Below are positions 1-12,836 of a DNA stretch of 64,000 nucleotides, in pieces. Made by a program: the position numbers and the translations under genes. The notes beneath the pieces are model-generated. The model made no database searches and had not been told where the DNA came from. It was given only the letters and a program-made list of their open reading frames with translations. The stretch lies in the NCBI RefSeq assembly GCF_009914755.1, contig NC_060928.1; one strand, written 5' to 3'. Position 1 is the first letter of the stretch. Every line of letters begins with the position of its first letter. Source of the DNA: the human T2T-CHM13v2.0 reference genome, Homo sapiens.

Positions 1-285
1 CCTTATATACAGGTATTTGTCCTGATAGAAAATAATTGATTAATAATGTACAAGGGGATAGTAGCAGCTGCATGGTAAACAAGGAAGTTCAGGAATAGAA
101 CACTTTAAGTAAGAGAGGAAAACTGTGGGCTTGGGAATTTCTGTGTCTAAAATGAGCATAGATTTTAAAATCTATTCATGTGTTTAAATGTCATAATATT
201 ATTGATATTCATATCTTAACCAGATATGCATTCCACAGCTAATATTTACACTATGATTTCATTATTACTTTCACAATTTATATTA

Positions 286-359
286 TTAGGTTGTTCCAAA
301 AGTTATCGTGGTTTTAACCAAAAGAATAGCAAAATGCAATTAGTTTTGCACCAACCTAA
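286..359. mobile_element. MADE1 (Hsmar1-derived MITE)
   Basis: Terminal inverted repeats ttaggttgttccaaaagt...ttttgcaccaacctaa flanked by TA on both sides (284-285, 360-361); matches recalled MADE1 consensus. Confidence 0.85.
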
Positions 360-586
360 TATTCATTTTAAAGGTCATTGTATGTGGATTATAAGATATT
401 TTTATAGCTTCCATTCTGCATTTTGCTAATGCACGTTTATATAGGTGAACAGAAAACATTCTCTCTTACTGGTATCTAATGCTAACATATTTTAACGGTA
501 AAATTTGAGAAAATTAACTAAGATTTTGCACAGAACTAAGATCTTTGAAAACAATATTTTATTAAATGTATCATGAATCTACACTA

Positions 587-910
587 CAAGTACACAGTCT
601 ATCATCCACAACTCTGAAATCCAAAAAGCATCAAAATCACAAATCTTTTGGAAAACTACTTTTTTTTTTAACATAACCTACCTTTCCTGAATAAATGTAT
701 TGCTATTTATAGTGTTTATCTAGCTTAGAGTGATATGCATACATTTTGCTGCATATATATTAAGGTTTGATTACTATGTGAAGTGCTGATCCTACTGTGA
801 GAATTACACAATACACAATATATGCATCAAATTAACCTTATAAAACTTGACAAATTTAGAATTATTAACATATCTAGCCCCAAGAGTTTTGGATATAGAA
901 CTGGGACTTG
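587..910 (-). mobile_element. Tigger-family MITE (MER46C-like)
   Basis: Degenerate TIRs caagtacacagtctatcatcc / ggatatagaactgggacttg, preceded by TA; internal ccccaagagttttggata resembles MER46C. Confidence 0.65.
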
Positions 911-1201
911 TGTTATTTAAACCAAGGTGAGATTTTAAAATCCTCTGTTCTGAAGTTGCATATCTTAAATTATTTGTGCACTATCAATTTGCTGTGAAGG
1001 TCATATAGAAAAGCAAATATTAAGGCTGAAACGTACTTAGAACTCATGCACTTCAATACTGCCTTTTTAACACAAAAACATATGGCCAATAAAACAATTG
1101 CTTTGTTTGAAATCACACTGCCAATAAGTGAATGATACAAGGACTGAATCCAACTCTATGTTCTATTATCACCCATTTAAACAAAATTCAGGTGAGCACT
1201 T

Positions 1202-1500
1202 GTTTTGTTTTGTTTTTGAGACAGACTCACTCTGTCGCCCAGGATGGCGTGCAGTGGTGCAATCTCAGCTCAATGCAGCCTCCACTTCTGGGGTTCAAGA
1301 GATTATCTTGCCTCAGCCTCCTGAGTAGCTGGGATTACAGGCACATGCCACCACACCCAGATAATTTTTTTTTAATTTTTAATAGAGATGGGATTTTACC
1401 ATGTCACTCGGGCTGGTCTTGGACTCCTGGTCTCAAGTGATCCACCTGCCTCGGCTCCCAAAGTGTTGGGATTACAGCCATGAGGCACCACACCTGGCCT
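1202..1500 (-). mobile_element. Alu (old, AluJ-like), full length
   Basis: Reverse Alu dimer; TSD ggtgagcactt at 1191-1201 and 1501-1511. Confidence 0.95.
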
Positions 1501-1539
1501 GGTGAGCACTTTTATATGCTAGGCATTTCTATATGGGTG

Positions 1540-1900
1540 ATAGTTGACACCTTAAACTCAGCATACCCAACACTTGACGTGCTTCATCTTCCCCAATTCT
1601 TAAACGTCCTCTCAGGGTCCATTCTGGTTACAGGCATCACCACCCTACCAGGCACTCATTTTTAAAACTTTCATATTGCTTGTGGTCTCTCTTCTTTCTT
1701 TGGGTCCATATCCACTCAGCTGATGAGTACACTCAATTCTATCTCCTTGTTTCTTTCCCTCATTTCTTCTCACTCTTGTTGACATTGCTTCACTTAACAC
1801 AGGGCTAAGTAGTTTATTGTCTGGATTATTGCAAGAGTGTAAGAGCTGCCTCTAAGGATCCCTACCTACAATCTCTTCATTATCCTCACAGTCATCAACA
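1540..1900 (+). mobile_element. L2 fragment, highly diverged
   Basis: caccttaaactcagcatacccaac... and ctggattattgcaag resemble the L2 3' region. Confidence 0.5.
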
Positions 1901-2561
1901 ACTCACATTGACACCTCAGAGAGCAAAATTCTGGCAATGGGTCATCCTTCAATGAATAAGTAGTCATTAAAATTCTACTATATGCAAAGCAACATGCCAG
2001 CTATTTTGAAGCATTCAAAGAAAGGTAAGGCAGAATTTCTCGCCTTGTCAGAATTAGCTTAGCATCACTAAATTAGACCATCTACTTTAACCAGCACTCC
2101 AATGAATGAATCAATCAACAACAACAACAAATAGCTCTATAGGATACATGCCTTGTAAAACTACGTATGTGAAAGAAAATTCTCCCATAATACCTGTGGG
2201 CTTCTTGAATGAAAATATAGTGGATATTCACAGTGTTTAATTCCCATAAACTAAGTTTACCACGGAAGTCTTTCTCAGAGAAATCGAAATGGCCCAAAAA
2301 GTTAAAAAATAATTTTAAATATTTGTATAACTAAGGGGTTGTTATCAAAGGGTAGATATCTCTAGTGTTTTGATTTTTGATATATTCTAATGTACCTAAA
2401 AATCTCAATGTAAAGAAAGAAAGATGAACGGAAATAAGCTTCCATTGCTAATAATAATTATTACTATTATAAAACATAAAATTCTATCTCAGCAGTGGGC
2501 AGGAGAAACTGGGCAGACTACATTGCAGTTAGAAAATACTTTCCTTTATGGCTTTTATAAA

Positions 2562-3365
2562 AAATACAAAAAATAACAAGTGATGGTGAAGGTGTAGATA
2601 AAAGGGAATCCTGTACACCGTTGGTGAGAATGTACATTGGTGCAGCCACAATGGAATACAGTATGGAGGTCTGTAAATACATTTAAAGTAGAACTATCAT
2701 GTGACCCAGCAATCCGTCTGCTGAATATATACAAAAGGATATTAAATCAGCACCTTGTAAAGACATCTTGTAAAGACACCTTGTAAAGCCAAGATAAGAA
2801 AACAAACTAAGTGCCCATCAAGGAATAAATGGATAAAGAAAATGTTATGTAAATAACAGAATATTATTCTGCCTTAAAAAAGGAAATCCTCCCATTTTTA
2901 ACAGCATGCATGAACCTAGAAGACTTTTTTATAAGTGAAATAAGCCAGACACAAAGGAAAGGATGAAAGAAAAAATGATACATGATCTCGCTTACATGTG
3001 GAATTAAAGAAAAAAGAGAAAGATTGAATACATAGAAGCAGAGAGTAAAGTAGTGGTTGGGAGGTGGTGAAAGGCAGCGAGAAATAGGAAGACATAGGTT
3101 AAAAGCTATGAAGTTGCAGTTATGGTGGTAAATATGTCTAGAGACCTAATGTACAACATGAGGACCATAATTAATATATACTGTTATGTGCTGGTAATTT
3201 GGTAAGAGAGTAGATTTTAGGTACTCCACTGTAAGAAGGGTAACTGTATGAGATGATTAATATATTAATTTGCCTGACTGTAGTAATCACTTCATTATGT
3301 ATGTGTATGTTAAGAATATCAAAAGACGATGTTATACACCTTAAATGTATACAATACAGAAAGAA
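2562..3365 (+). mobile_element. L1MA (L1MA8/9-like) 3' end
   Basis: ORF2 C-terminal motifs (ttggtgagaatgta, gacccagcaatcc, gtgaaataagccagacac) followed by an L1MA-type 3' UTR. Confidence 0.85.
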
Positions 3366-4312
3366 TTTTTTTAATGAGTTGTCATAGTCCTATTTCTGAG
3401 AATTATATTTTTCCTTTAGAAATGTGTGTACACATGCACATGTGTTTACTTGCTTTGTGTTAAGTCCTAGTTAACTTACAGTCAAAAAGAATGAGCCTGC
3501 ATATCTACTTTTTTTGGCAGAGAAAATTCAGAGAGCTATACTTGAAGGGCTTAAGTTGAATAACAGAATAAGCTGCAGCATATACATTCATGCCTAAGGG
3601 TGAGCTTGAACTGCAACAACCCTAGGGGTTTCTTTAAAGACAGGTAAAGATTCAATGCTAAGGAATTTTGAAGAAGGAGGCAGTATTTCCATAGGTGGCA
3701 TAGCTAAAGACATTACAAAGGGCTAGAAATTAATGTATATGTAAGTGCATCTGTTTTAAAGATCTACTTTTTTCCCTTTCAGTTGTTCCCCAAGACAGTC
3801 ATATTAATAGCCATTAATATGAACATTATGTTCATTAGCATAAAACATTGCCATTCCATGTTTTATTTCTCTTTTGGTAGCTCAACAATTCAATAAGTCT
3901 GATGCAGTCACACAGTCTTTGGGTTTTTACATTTTGGGGAATAAATGAGCAGTGACCCCTGCAAAGATTGAGACAATAAGAAAGATAAGATTACATAATA
4001 GAAAGAAAAGTCATACCTGGGAATGCCTGCTTATTTCTCTCGTCCTATGGAGGAAGTTCAGAGTCTACACTTTTAATGAATACTGTGCAATATAGCATTA
4101 TGATGACTACAGCATTGAGAATAACAATAGTACCTACTTATTATTGCAAAATTACATTCAATTAACACATGTAAATTCCTTAGAACATTTCTAGCATATA
4201 GTGAATATTACAACACTAATTATCATTTTAAGTTACAATAATAATATCATTTTCTAATGAGGATTAAATATAATTTAGTGATGCCTGAAAATTACTTAGC
4301 CCATTACAAGTG

Positions 4313-4430
4313 CTTTTTTCTTTTTCTTTTTTTTCTTCTCCTTCTCCTTCTCCTCCTCCCCTTTTTCTTCCACCTGTTCCTCCTGTGCCTCCATCTCTTT
4401 CTCCTGATCTTTCTTGTTCTCCTTCTTCCT
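4313..4430. repeat. CT-rich low-complexity tract
   Basis: Polypyrimidine (TTC/CTC)n run. Confidence 0.85.
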
Positions 4431-5075
4431 GTATCAGCTATAAAGCACAGTTTAAAAGAGGGAATTAAAATTGGTCCCGTTATGTGAATATAGGAAGATT
4501 TAATCTTCATTTGTATCTAAAGTGTCTGTCTTCCAGTACTGTGGCCTCATAGTGCCCTTGATCCATATTCTTTGATTGATGAGAGAGTCAGAGGGATTAA
4601 GCACCATCTATGTGTTAAAGTATATCACAAATTGAAAGAAAAATAAATTATTTTACGGTTTTATATGCACAAGACACTGTGGAGGCACATTTTATGGTAT
4701 GATCAAGTTCAGTTATTCTAGATGTGTCCCTTACTTACAACTCTAGTAACCATGTGAAATAAAAGGGAGATGTGTTTAGTTTAATGCAAATCTACCGTAT
4801 ATTATGAGCATTACTACTACATTTAAACAATTTCACGAAATTGTGTACTACTGTAATTGTAAATATTATATGTCTTGCTAAAGTTGAAAGAAAAAATATC
4901 TAAGCCTGAAGAGATTAAATAACTTTTTCCTAAGATCTAGAATCTGACACTACCAAAGAAAATTAAATAAGATGGGAGAGCAAATTAAAAGTATCTGCAG
5001 GGAAAAATACTTTTCTTAGTGTGTCTTTAATTTTTTTGGAATAGGGTCAGGTAAAATATTTTCCTTTAATATATG

Positions 5076-6073
<998 letters not shown>

Positions 6074-8808
6074 TACGGATTTTCATTTTGGAGTTTCAGG
6101 CTCATTCAAAACTACAGAAATTTACAAGTAACAAAGAGAGAGGAAATCCATAAATATCTTGATAATTAAAGCTTTATGAAATAAACTCAAGAAAAATATA
6201 ATTTTAGACCTTCCAAGCTAATTTAACAAGTTTAATTTATTATACTTTTTTGGCTCTCAAGCAAACTGTTATAAATAGAGTAAGAGGTCAAAGAAAAATA
6301 TTGCTAAAAAATTCTTATTCCCCTTCTTGCATCCCCTACCTGGATTAATGTCACTACCATCTACCTGCGCAATGGGGACCAGAAATATGAAAGCTCCTTT
6401 CATTTCTCTTATCATAAGTATCTTGGAAAATGCCTTTTTGAAATAGGTACTCAATAATATTTTTGAAATGAATGAGCAGATGAATGAATAGAAAGCTACT
6501 GAGAATTTACTGTTTTAATTAAAAACTAGAGAAGAAGAGTCTATCACTTTTTAAAATTGTCCTAAAAATTTTGGAATAAAAAGATCCCCAAGAAAATACT
6601 TTCTTCTTCAGTTGAGTAAGTACATCAGGTAATCTATATAAACCAATGGATACTGTCTACACTGCATTCTAAGCTCCCTTCTCCTTCTCTTTATAATGCT
6701 TCACTCAGCAAAGTATTGTGATACCAAGATGAATGTAATGACATTTTGTGACATATTGTCAATAAAAATGCATTCTCGGTTGAAGCGACACTATACAAGT
6801 ACAGTTTAGAGGAAGAGGTACAGACACTTCAAACAAGCAAAAGAAATATAACATATGGCAGTGAGAATATTTGTAACTTTATGTAGGGTAAGAAAATATT
6901 TTTTCTATTCTCTATTCCTTTCTTCCTTGTACTAGAACTACACTTACTAAATTATGTAAGTCTTCATATAACTCTTTGAAAGCAAAATCTTAAGTATTTT
7001 AACAAAATCCATTCAGCTACAATCAACTCTTCTATTTTATTGTTTAATTAGAAGGTACTTCTGACACATCTAATCCAAAGCTCTCATTAAGTACTAGCAA
7101 TAAAAGCTTTAATGTCAATCACATAGAAACTATGTGAATTTGACAAATTCTTTTAAACTATCACATAAACATATTAAAAACACGATTTCACGACCAAGAA
7201 ATTTAAATAAGATGAAACAATTTTTATTTATGTAAACAGAGAAACTACATTAAAAATTAAACACCACCCAAATCATTATTGTTAACAATGTACTTCGCTT
7301 ACACATGAACTAAAAGATTACATATTTTTTTATACCAAGTGTTTATTCATAGAAATAATTTGTTCCTGTCATTTAAAACCCTCAATCAAGTTTTACAATA
7401 TTTTCTTTACCTAAAATTTAATTTAGATTGATAAAAATAGTGTATCTGAAAGGAAAACATGGTTAGCAGTAGAATTCAAATTTTAATAAATTCTTTTGGC
7501 TCTTATCTAAAAATATCATGGAATACAATAATTTATATCAAATGAGCAATAGCTTCCCACATGGATTTAGTTTATCAATTACATTTGTAGCCCAATAATC
7601 CAATCTTGAGTCACTTTGCTAATATATGTATATAATTTAAGGAATTTAAATTATTTCCCTAGTTGCCATTTCAATATCTGTTACTTTCATGAGTTACAAG
7701 ATGATTTATTTACAAGAATAAAAAAATGATTAGTCATGGTATGTTATTATATTGTTAAAGTCCTAATTTTAAGCCATTAACTTATATTGTTCTGAAAACT
7801 CTCAGCATCCATAAAATAGTTCAGATTTAATTGAAAAGATTTTTCTATAGATGGAGCACCTCTGTTTTCAAAAGTTGCCTTCTTCAGACTTGATACTACA
7901 TTTCCATTCTCTAACACCACATTGTTTTAAGTAGAAAAGCAAATGAAAGCTATTATTTTTAATAATTTAGATTGACTCAGTTTGGGAGTTATTGCTTATA
8001 ATCCAATCAAATGCTTTGAGATTATTTTAACATTTAGTTTTAAAAGCTAAATGCGTAACTCCCCACCTCCCTGATATTTGGCTTGCAAAACATAGAGGCA
8101 ATGGAGTAAAATTTTGATAAATGAGATGAAAATCAAATTCTGGTTTGTTGTGTAAGAAAAGCATATGTTGAGATTTGGTTTGAGAATTTAGATAATTTCA
8201 AATAGTGACTAACATTAAACATGGAACTGTGATTTGTACCTATAACCATCAGTGCCCACTCTTGTGTACAAAACATTTCAAAGCATATATTCTGTTTTTA
8301 AGTAACTTGGTTCATTGTAATCTAAAAATGAAGAAATGCAATCACAATTTCCCAAGATCCAGGAATAGTTTAGGTGCTGGGAACATTACTTCCTCAAAAT
8401 CATTACCTAATGTGATCATCTATTTACTATATCACATTCAAACAAGTAAAAATAAAAATAAAGATCAATCCTAATAAAAAAAAACCCATGCATTGTATTT
8501 CTCATAGAAATACAAGTGACTATGGAATCAGCACTGTGGAATTCATGTTACTATTTATTTTTATTTCCCCAAAATTTTGACCTCTGTCCTCAAATTCCTA
8601 ATACAGTGGAGAAATGGAAATTTCAGGTAGTTTCAGTTTCTCCAGAACATATCTCCTGGCTGCTATTTGGTTTTACTGTAATCTACAGCTAAGATTTTCA
8701 TGTTGATCTTTCCATTATCCTTATTTTGGCTTTCTAATCTCACAGAATTAGCATCAAAGATTGGTGAAACATTGTTGGTGACATCTTGTCAAGAAATATT
8801 GTGGACTG

Positions 8809-11742
8809 CTTCTAAGGTTTTTATGGTTTTAGGTCTTATGTTTAAGTCTTTAATCCATCTTGAGTTAAATTTTTGCATAAGGCGTAAGGAAGGGGTCCAG
8901 TTTCAGTTTTCTGCATATAGCTAGCCAGTTTTCCCAACACCATTTATTAAATAAGGAATATTTTCCCCGTTGCTTGTTTTTGTCAGGTTTGTCAAAGATC
9001 AGATGGCTGTAGATGTATGGCACTATTTCTGAGGCCTCTGTTCTGTTCCATTGGTCTATATATCTGTTTTGGTACCAGTACCATGCTGTTTTGGTTACTG
9101 TAGCCTTGTAGCATAGTTTGAAGTCAGGTAGCGTGATGCCTCCAGATTTGTTCTTTCGGCTTAGAATTGTCTTGACTATATAGGCTCTTTTTTGATTCCA
9201 TATAAATTTAAAGTAGATTTTTCTAATTCTGTGAAGAAAGTCAATGGTAGCTTGATGGGAATAACATTGAATCTATCAATTGCTTTGGGCATTATGGCCA
9301 TTTTCACGATATTGATTCTTCCCACGATGAACATGGAATGTTTCTCCATTTGTTTGTGTCCTTTCTTATTTCCCTGAGCTGTGGTTTGTAGTTCTCCTTG
9401 AAGAGGTCTTCACATCCCTGTAAGTTGTATTCCTAGGTATCTTATTCTCTTTGTAGCAATCACGAATGGGAGTTCACTCATGATTTGGCTCTCTGTTTGT
9501 CTATTATTGTTGTATAGGAATGCTTGTGATGTTTGCACATTGATTTTGTATCCTGAGACTTTGCTGAAGTTGCTTATCAGCCTAAGGAGATTTTGGGCTG
9601 AGACGATGGGGTTTTATAAATATACAATCATGTCATCTTCAAACAGAGATAATTTGACTTCCTCTTTTCCTATTTGAATACCCTTTGTTCCTTTCTCTTG
9701 TCTGATTTACCTGGCCAGAATGTTCAATACTATATTGAATAGGAGTGGTGAGAGAGAATATTCTTGTCTTGTGTCAGTTTTCAAAGGGAATGCTTCCAGC
9801 TTTTGCCCATTCAGTATGATATTGGCTGTGGGTTTGTCATAAATAGCTCTTGTTATTTTGAGATACATTCCATCCATACCTAGTTTACTGAGTGTTTTTA
9901 GCATGAAAGTCTGTTGAATTTTATTGAAGGCCTTTTCTGCCTCTATTGAGATAATTATGTGGTTTTTGTCATTGACCCTGTTTATGTGATGGATTACGTT
10001 TATTGATTTGCACATGTTGAACCAGCCTTGCATCCCAAGGATGAAGCTAACTTGATTGTGGTGGATAAGCTTTTTAATGTGCTGCTGGATTCTGTTGCCA
10101 GTATTTTATTGAGGATTTTTGCAGTGATGTTCATCAGGGATATTGGCCTGAAATTTTCTTTTTTTGTTGTGTCTCTCCCAGGTTTTGATATCAGGATAAG
10201 GCTGGCCTCATAAAATGAATAAGGGAGGAGTCTCTCTTTTTCTATTGTTTTGAATAATTTCAAAAGGAATGGTACCAGCTCCCCTTTGTACCTCTTGTAG
10301 AATGTGGCTGTGAATCCATCTGCTCCTGGGCTTCTTTTGGTTGGTAGGCTATTAATTACTGCCTCAATTTCAGAACTTGTTATTGGTCTATTCAGAGATT
10401 TGACTTCTTCCTGGTTTAGTCTTGGGAGGGTGCATGTGTCCAGGAATTTATCCATTTCTTCTAGATTGTCTAGTTTATTTGCAAAGAAGTGCTTATAATA
10501 GTCTCTGATGGTAGTTTGTATTTCTGTGGGATCAGTGGTGATATCCCTTCTATTATTTTTATTGTGTCTATTTGATTCTTCTCTCCTTTCTTCTTTATTA
10601 GTCTGGCTAGTGGCCTATGTATTTTGTTAATGTTTTTAAAAAAATCAGCTCCTGGATTCACTGATTTTTTGAAGGGTTTTTTAGTTCTCTATCTCCTTCA
10701 GTTCTGCTCTGATCTTAGTTATATTTTCTCTTCTGCTAGCTTTTGAATTTGTTTGCTCTTGCTTCTCTAGTTCTTTTAGTTGTGATTTTAGGGTGTCAAT
10801 TTTAGATTTTTCCTGCTTTCTCATGTGGGCATTTAGTGCTATAAATTTCCCTGTAAGCAGCGCTTTATCTGTGTCCCAGAGATTCTGGTACAGCGTGTCT
10901 TTGTTCTCATTGGTTTCAAAGAACTTATTTATTTCTGCCTTAATTTTATTATTTACCCAGTAGTCATTCAGGATCAGGTTGTTCATATTCCCTGTAGTTG
11001 TGCTGTTTTGAATGAGTTTCTTAATCCTGAGTTCTATTTGATTGCACTGTGGTCTGAGAGACTGTTTGTTATGATTTCCATTCATTTGCATTTGCTGAGG
11101 AGTGCTTTACTTCCAATTATGTGGTTGATTTTAGAATAAGTGCTATGTGGTGCTGAGAAGAATGTATATTATGTTGGTTTGTAGTGGAGAGTTCTGTGGA
11201 TGTCTATTGGGTCTGCTTGGTCCAGAGCTGAGTTCAAGTCCTGAATATCCTTGTTAATTTTCTTTCTCGTTGGTCTGTCTAATATCGGCAATGCAGTGTT
11301 AAACTCTCCCACTATTATTATGTGGGACTCTAAGTCTCTTTGTAGGTCTCTAAGAACTTGTTTTATAAACCTAGGTGCTCCTGTATTGGGTGCATATATA
11401 TTTGGCATGGTTAACTCTTCTTGTTTCATTGATCTCTACACCATTATGTAGTGCCTTTCTTTGTCTTTTTTAGATCTTTGTTGGTTTAAATTCTGTTTTA
11501 TAAGAGACTAAGATGGCAACCCCTGCTTTTTTTTTTTTGCTTTCCATTTGCTTGGTAAATATTCCTGCATTCCTTTATTTTGAGCCTATGTGTGTCTTTG
11601 CACATGAGATGGGTCTCCTGAATACAGCACACAGAGGGGGCATGACTCGTTATCCAATTTGGCAGTCTGTTCTTTTAATTGGGGCATTTAGCCCATTTAC
11701 ATTTAAGGTTAATATTGTTATGTGTGAATTTGATCCTGTCAT
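8809..11742 (-). pseudogene. L1 ORF2p remnant (EN and RT, fragmented, C-terminus absent)
   Basis: Start atgacaggatcaaattc at 11742; fragments [39 protein letters not shown]-like; multiple stops and frameshifts. Confidence 0.9.
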
Positions 11743-11805
11743 TACGATGCTAGCTGCTTATTTTGCCCATTAGTTGATGCAGTTTCTTCATAGTGTCCAT
11801 GGTCT

Positions 11806-12836
11806 TTACAGATTGATATGTTTTTACAGTGGCTGGTACTGGTTTTTCCTTTTCATACTTAGTGCTTCCTTCAGGAGCTCTTATAAAGCAGGCCTGGTGT
11901 TGACAAAATCCCTCAACATTTGCTTGTCTGTAAAGAATTTTATTTCTCCTTCGCTTACGAAGCTTTGTTTGGCTGGATATGAAATTCTGGGTTGAAAATT
12001 CTTTTCTTTAAGAATGTTGAATATTGGCCCCTACTCTCTTCTGGCTTGTAAGGTTTCTGCAGAGAGATCTGCTGTTAGTCTGATGGACTTCCCTTTGTGT
12101 GAGTAAGCCGACCTTTCTCTATGGCTGCCCTTAACATATTTTTCTTCATTTCAACCTTGGTGAATCTGACGATTATGTGTCTTTGGGTTGCTCTTCTCGA
12201 GGAGTATCTTTGTGGTGTTCTCTGTATTTCCTGAATTTGAATGTTGGCCTGCCTTGCTAGGTCGGGGATGTTCTCCTGGATAATATCCTAAAGTGTGTTT
12301 TCCAACTTGGTTCCATTCTCCCTGTCACTTTTAAGTACACCAATCAAATGTAGGTTTGGTCTTTACATGCAGTCTTATATTTCTTGGAAGCTTTGTTCGT
12401 TCCTTTTTATTCTTTTTTCTCTAATCTTGTCTTCACCTTTTATTTCATTAAGTTGATCTTCAATCTCTGATATCCTTTCTTCTGCTTGATCTATTCGACT
12501 ATTGATACTTGTGTATGCTTCATGAAGTTCTTGTGTTGTGTTTTTCAGCTCCATCAAGTCATTTATGTTCTTCTTTAAACTGGTTATTCTAGTTAGCAGT
12601 TCCTGTAACATTTATCAAGGCCCGGCTCTTTGCTTCCTTTCCTTAGGTTAGAACATGCTCCTTTAGCTCGGAGGAGTTTGTTGTTATCCACCTTCTGAAG
12701 CCTACTTCTGTCAATTCATGAAACTCATTTTCCATCCATTTTTGTTCCCTTGCTGGTAAGGAGTTGTGATCCTTTGTAGGAGAAGAGGCATTCTGGTTTT
12801 TGGAATTTTCAGCCTGTTTTGTTGGCTTTTCCTCAT
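11806..12836 (-). pseudogene. L1 ORF1p remnant (disrupted)
   Basis: ATG near 12836; coiled-coil fragment MLQELLTRITSLKKNINDLMELKNT...SRIDQAEERISEIED (12375-12611). Confidence 0.85.

Noticed and set aside
4257-4510. Leu/Phe-rich and Arg/Lys-rich ORFs
   Set aside because: Translations of a CT-rich simple repeat; likewise 16733-17006 (GGAA) and 39297-39776 (TG repeat in MLT2)
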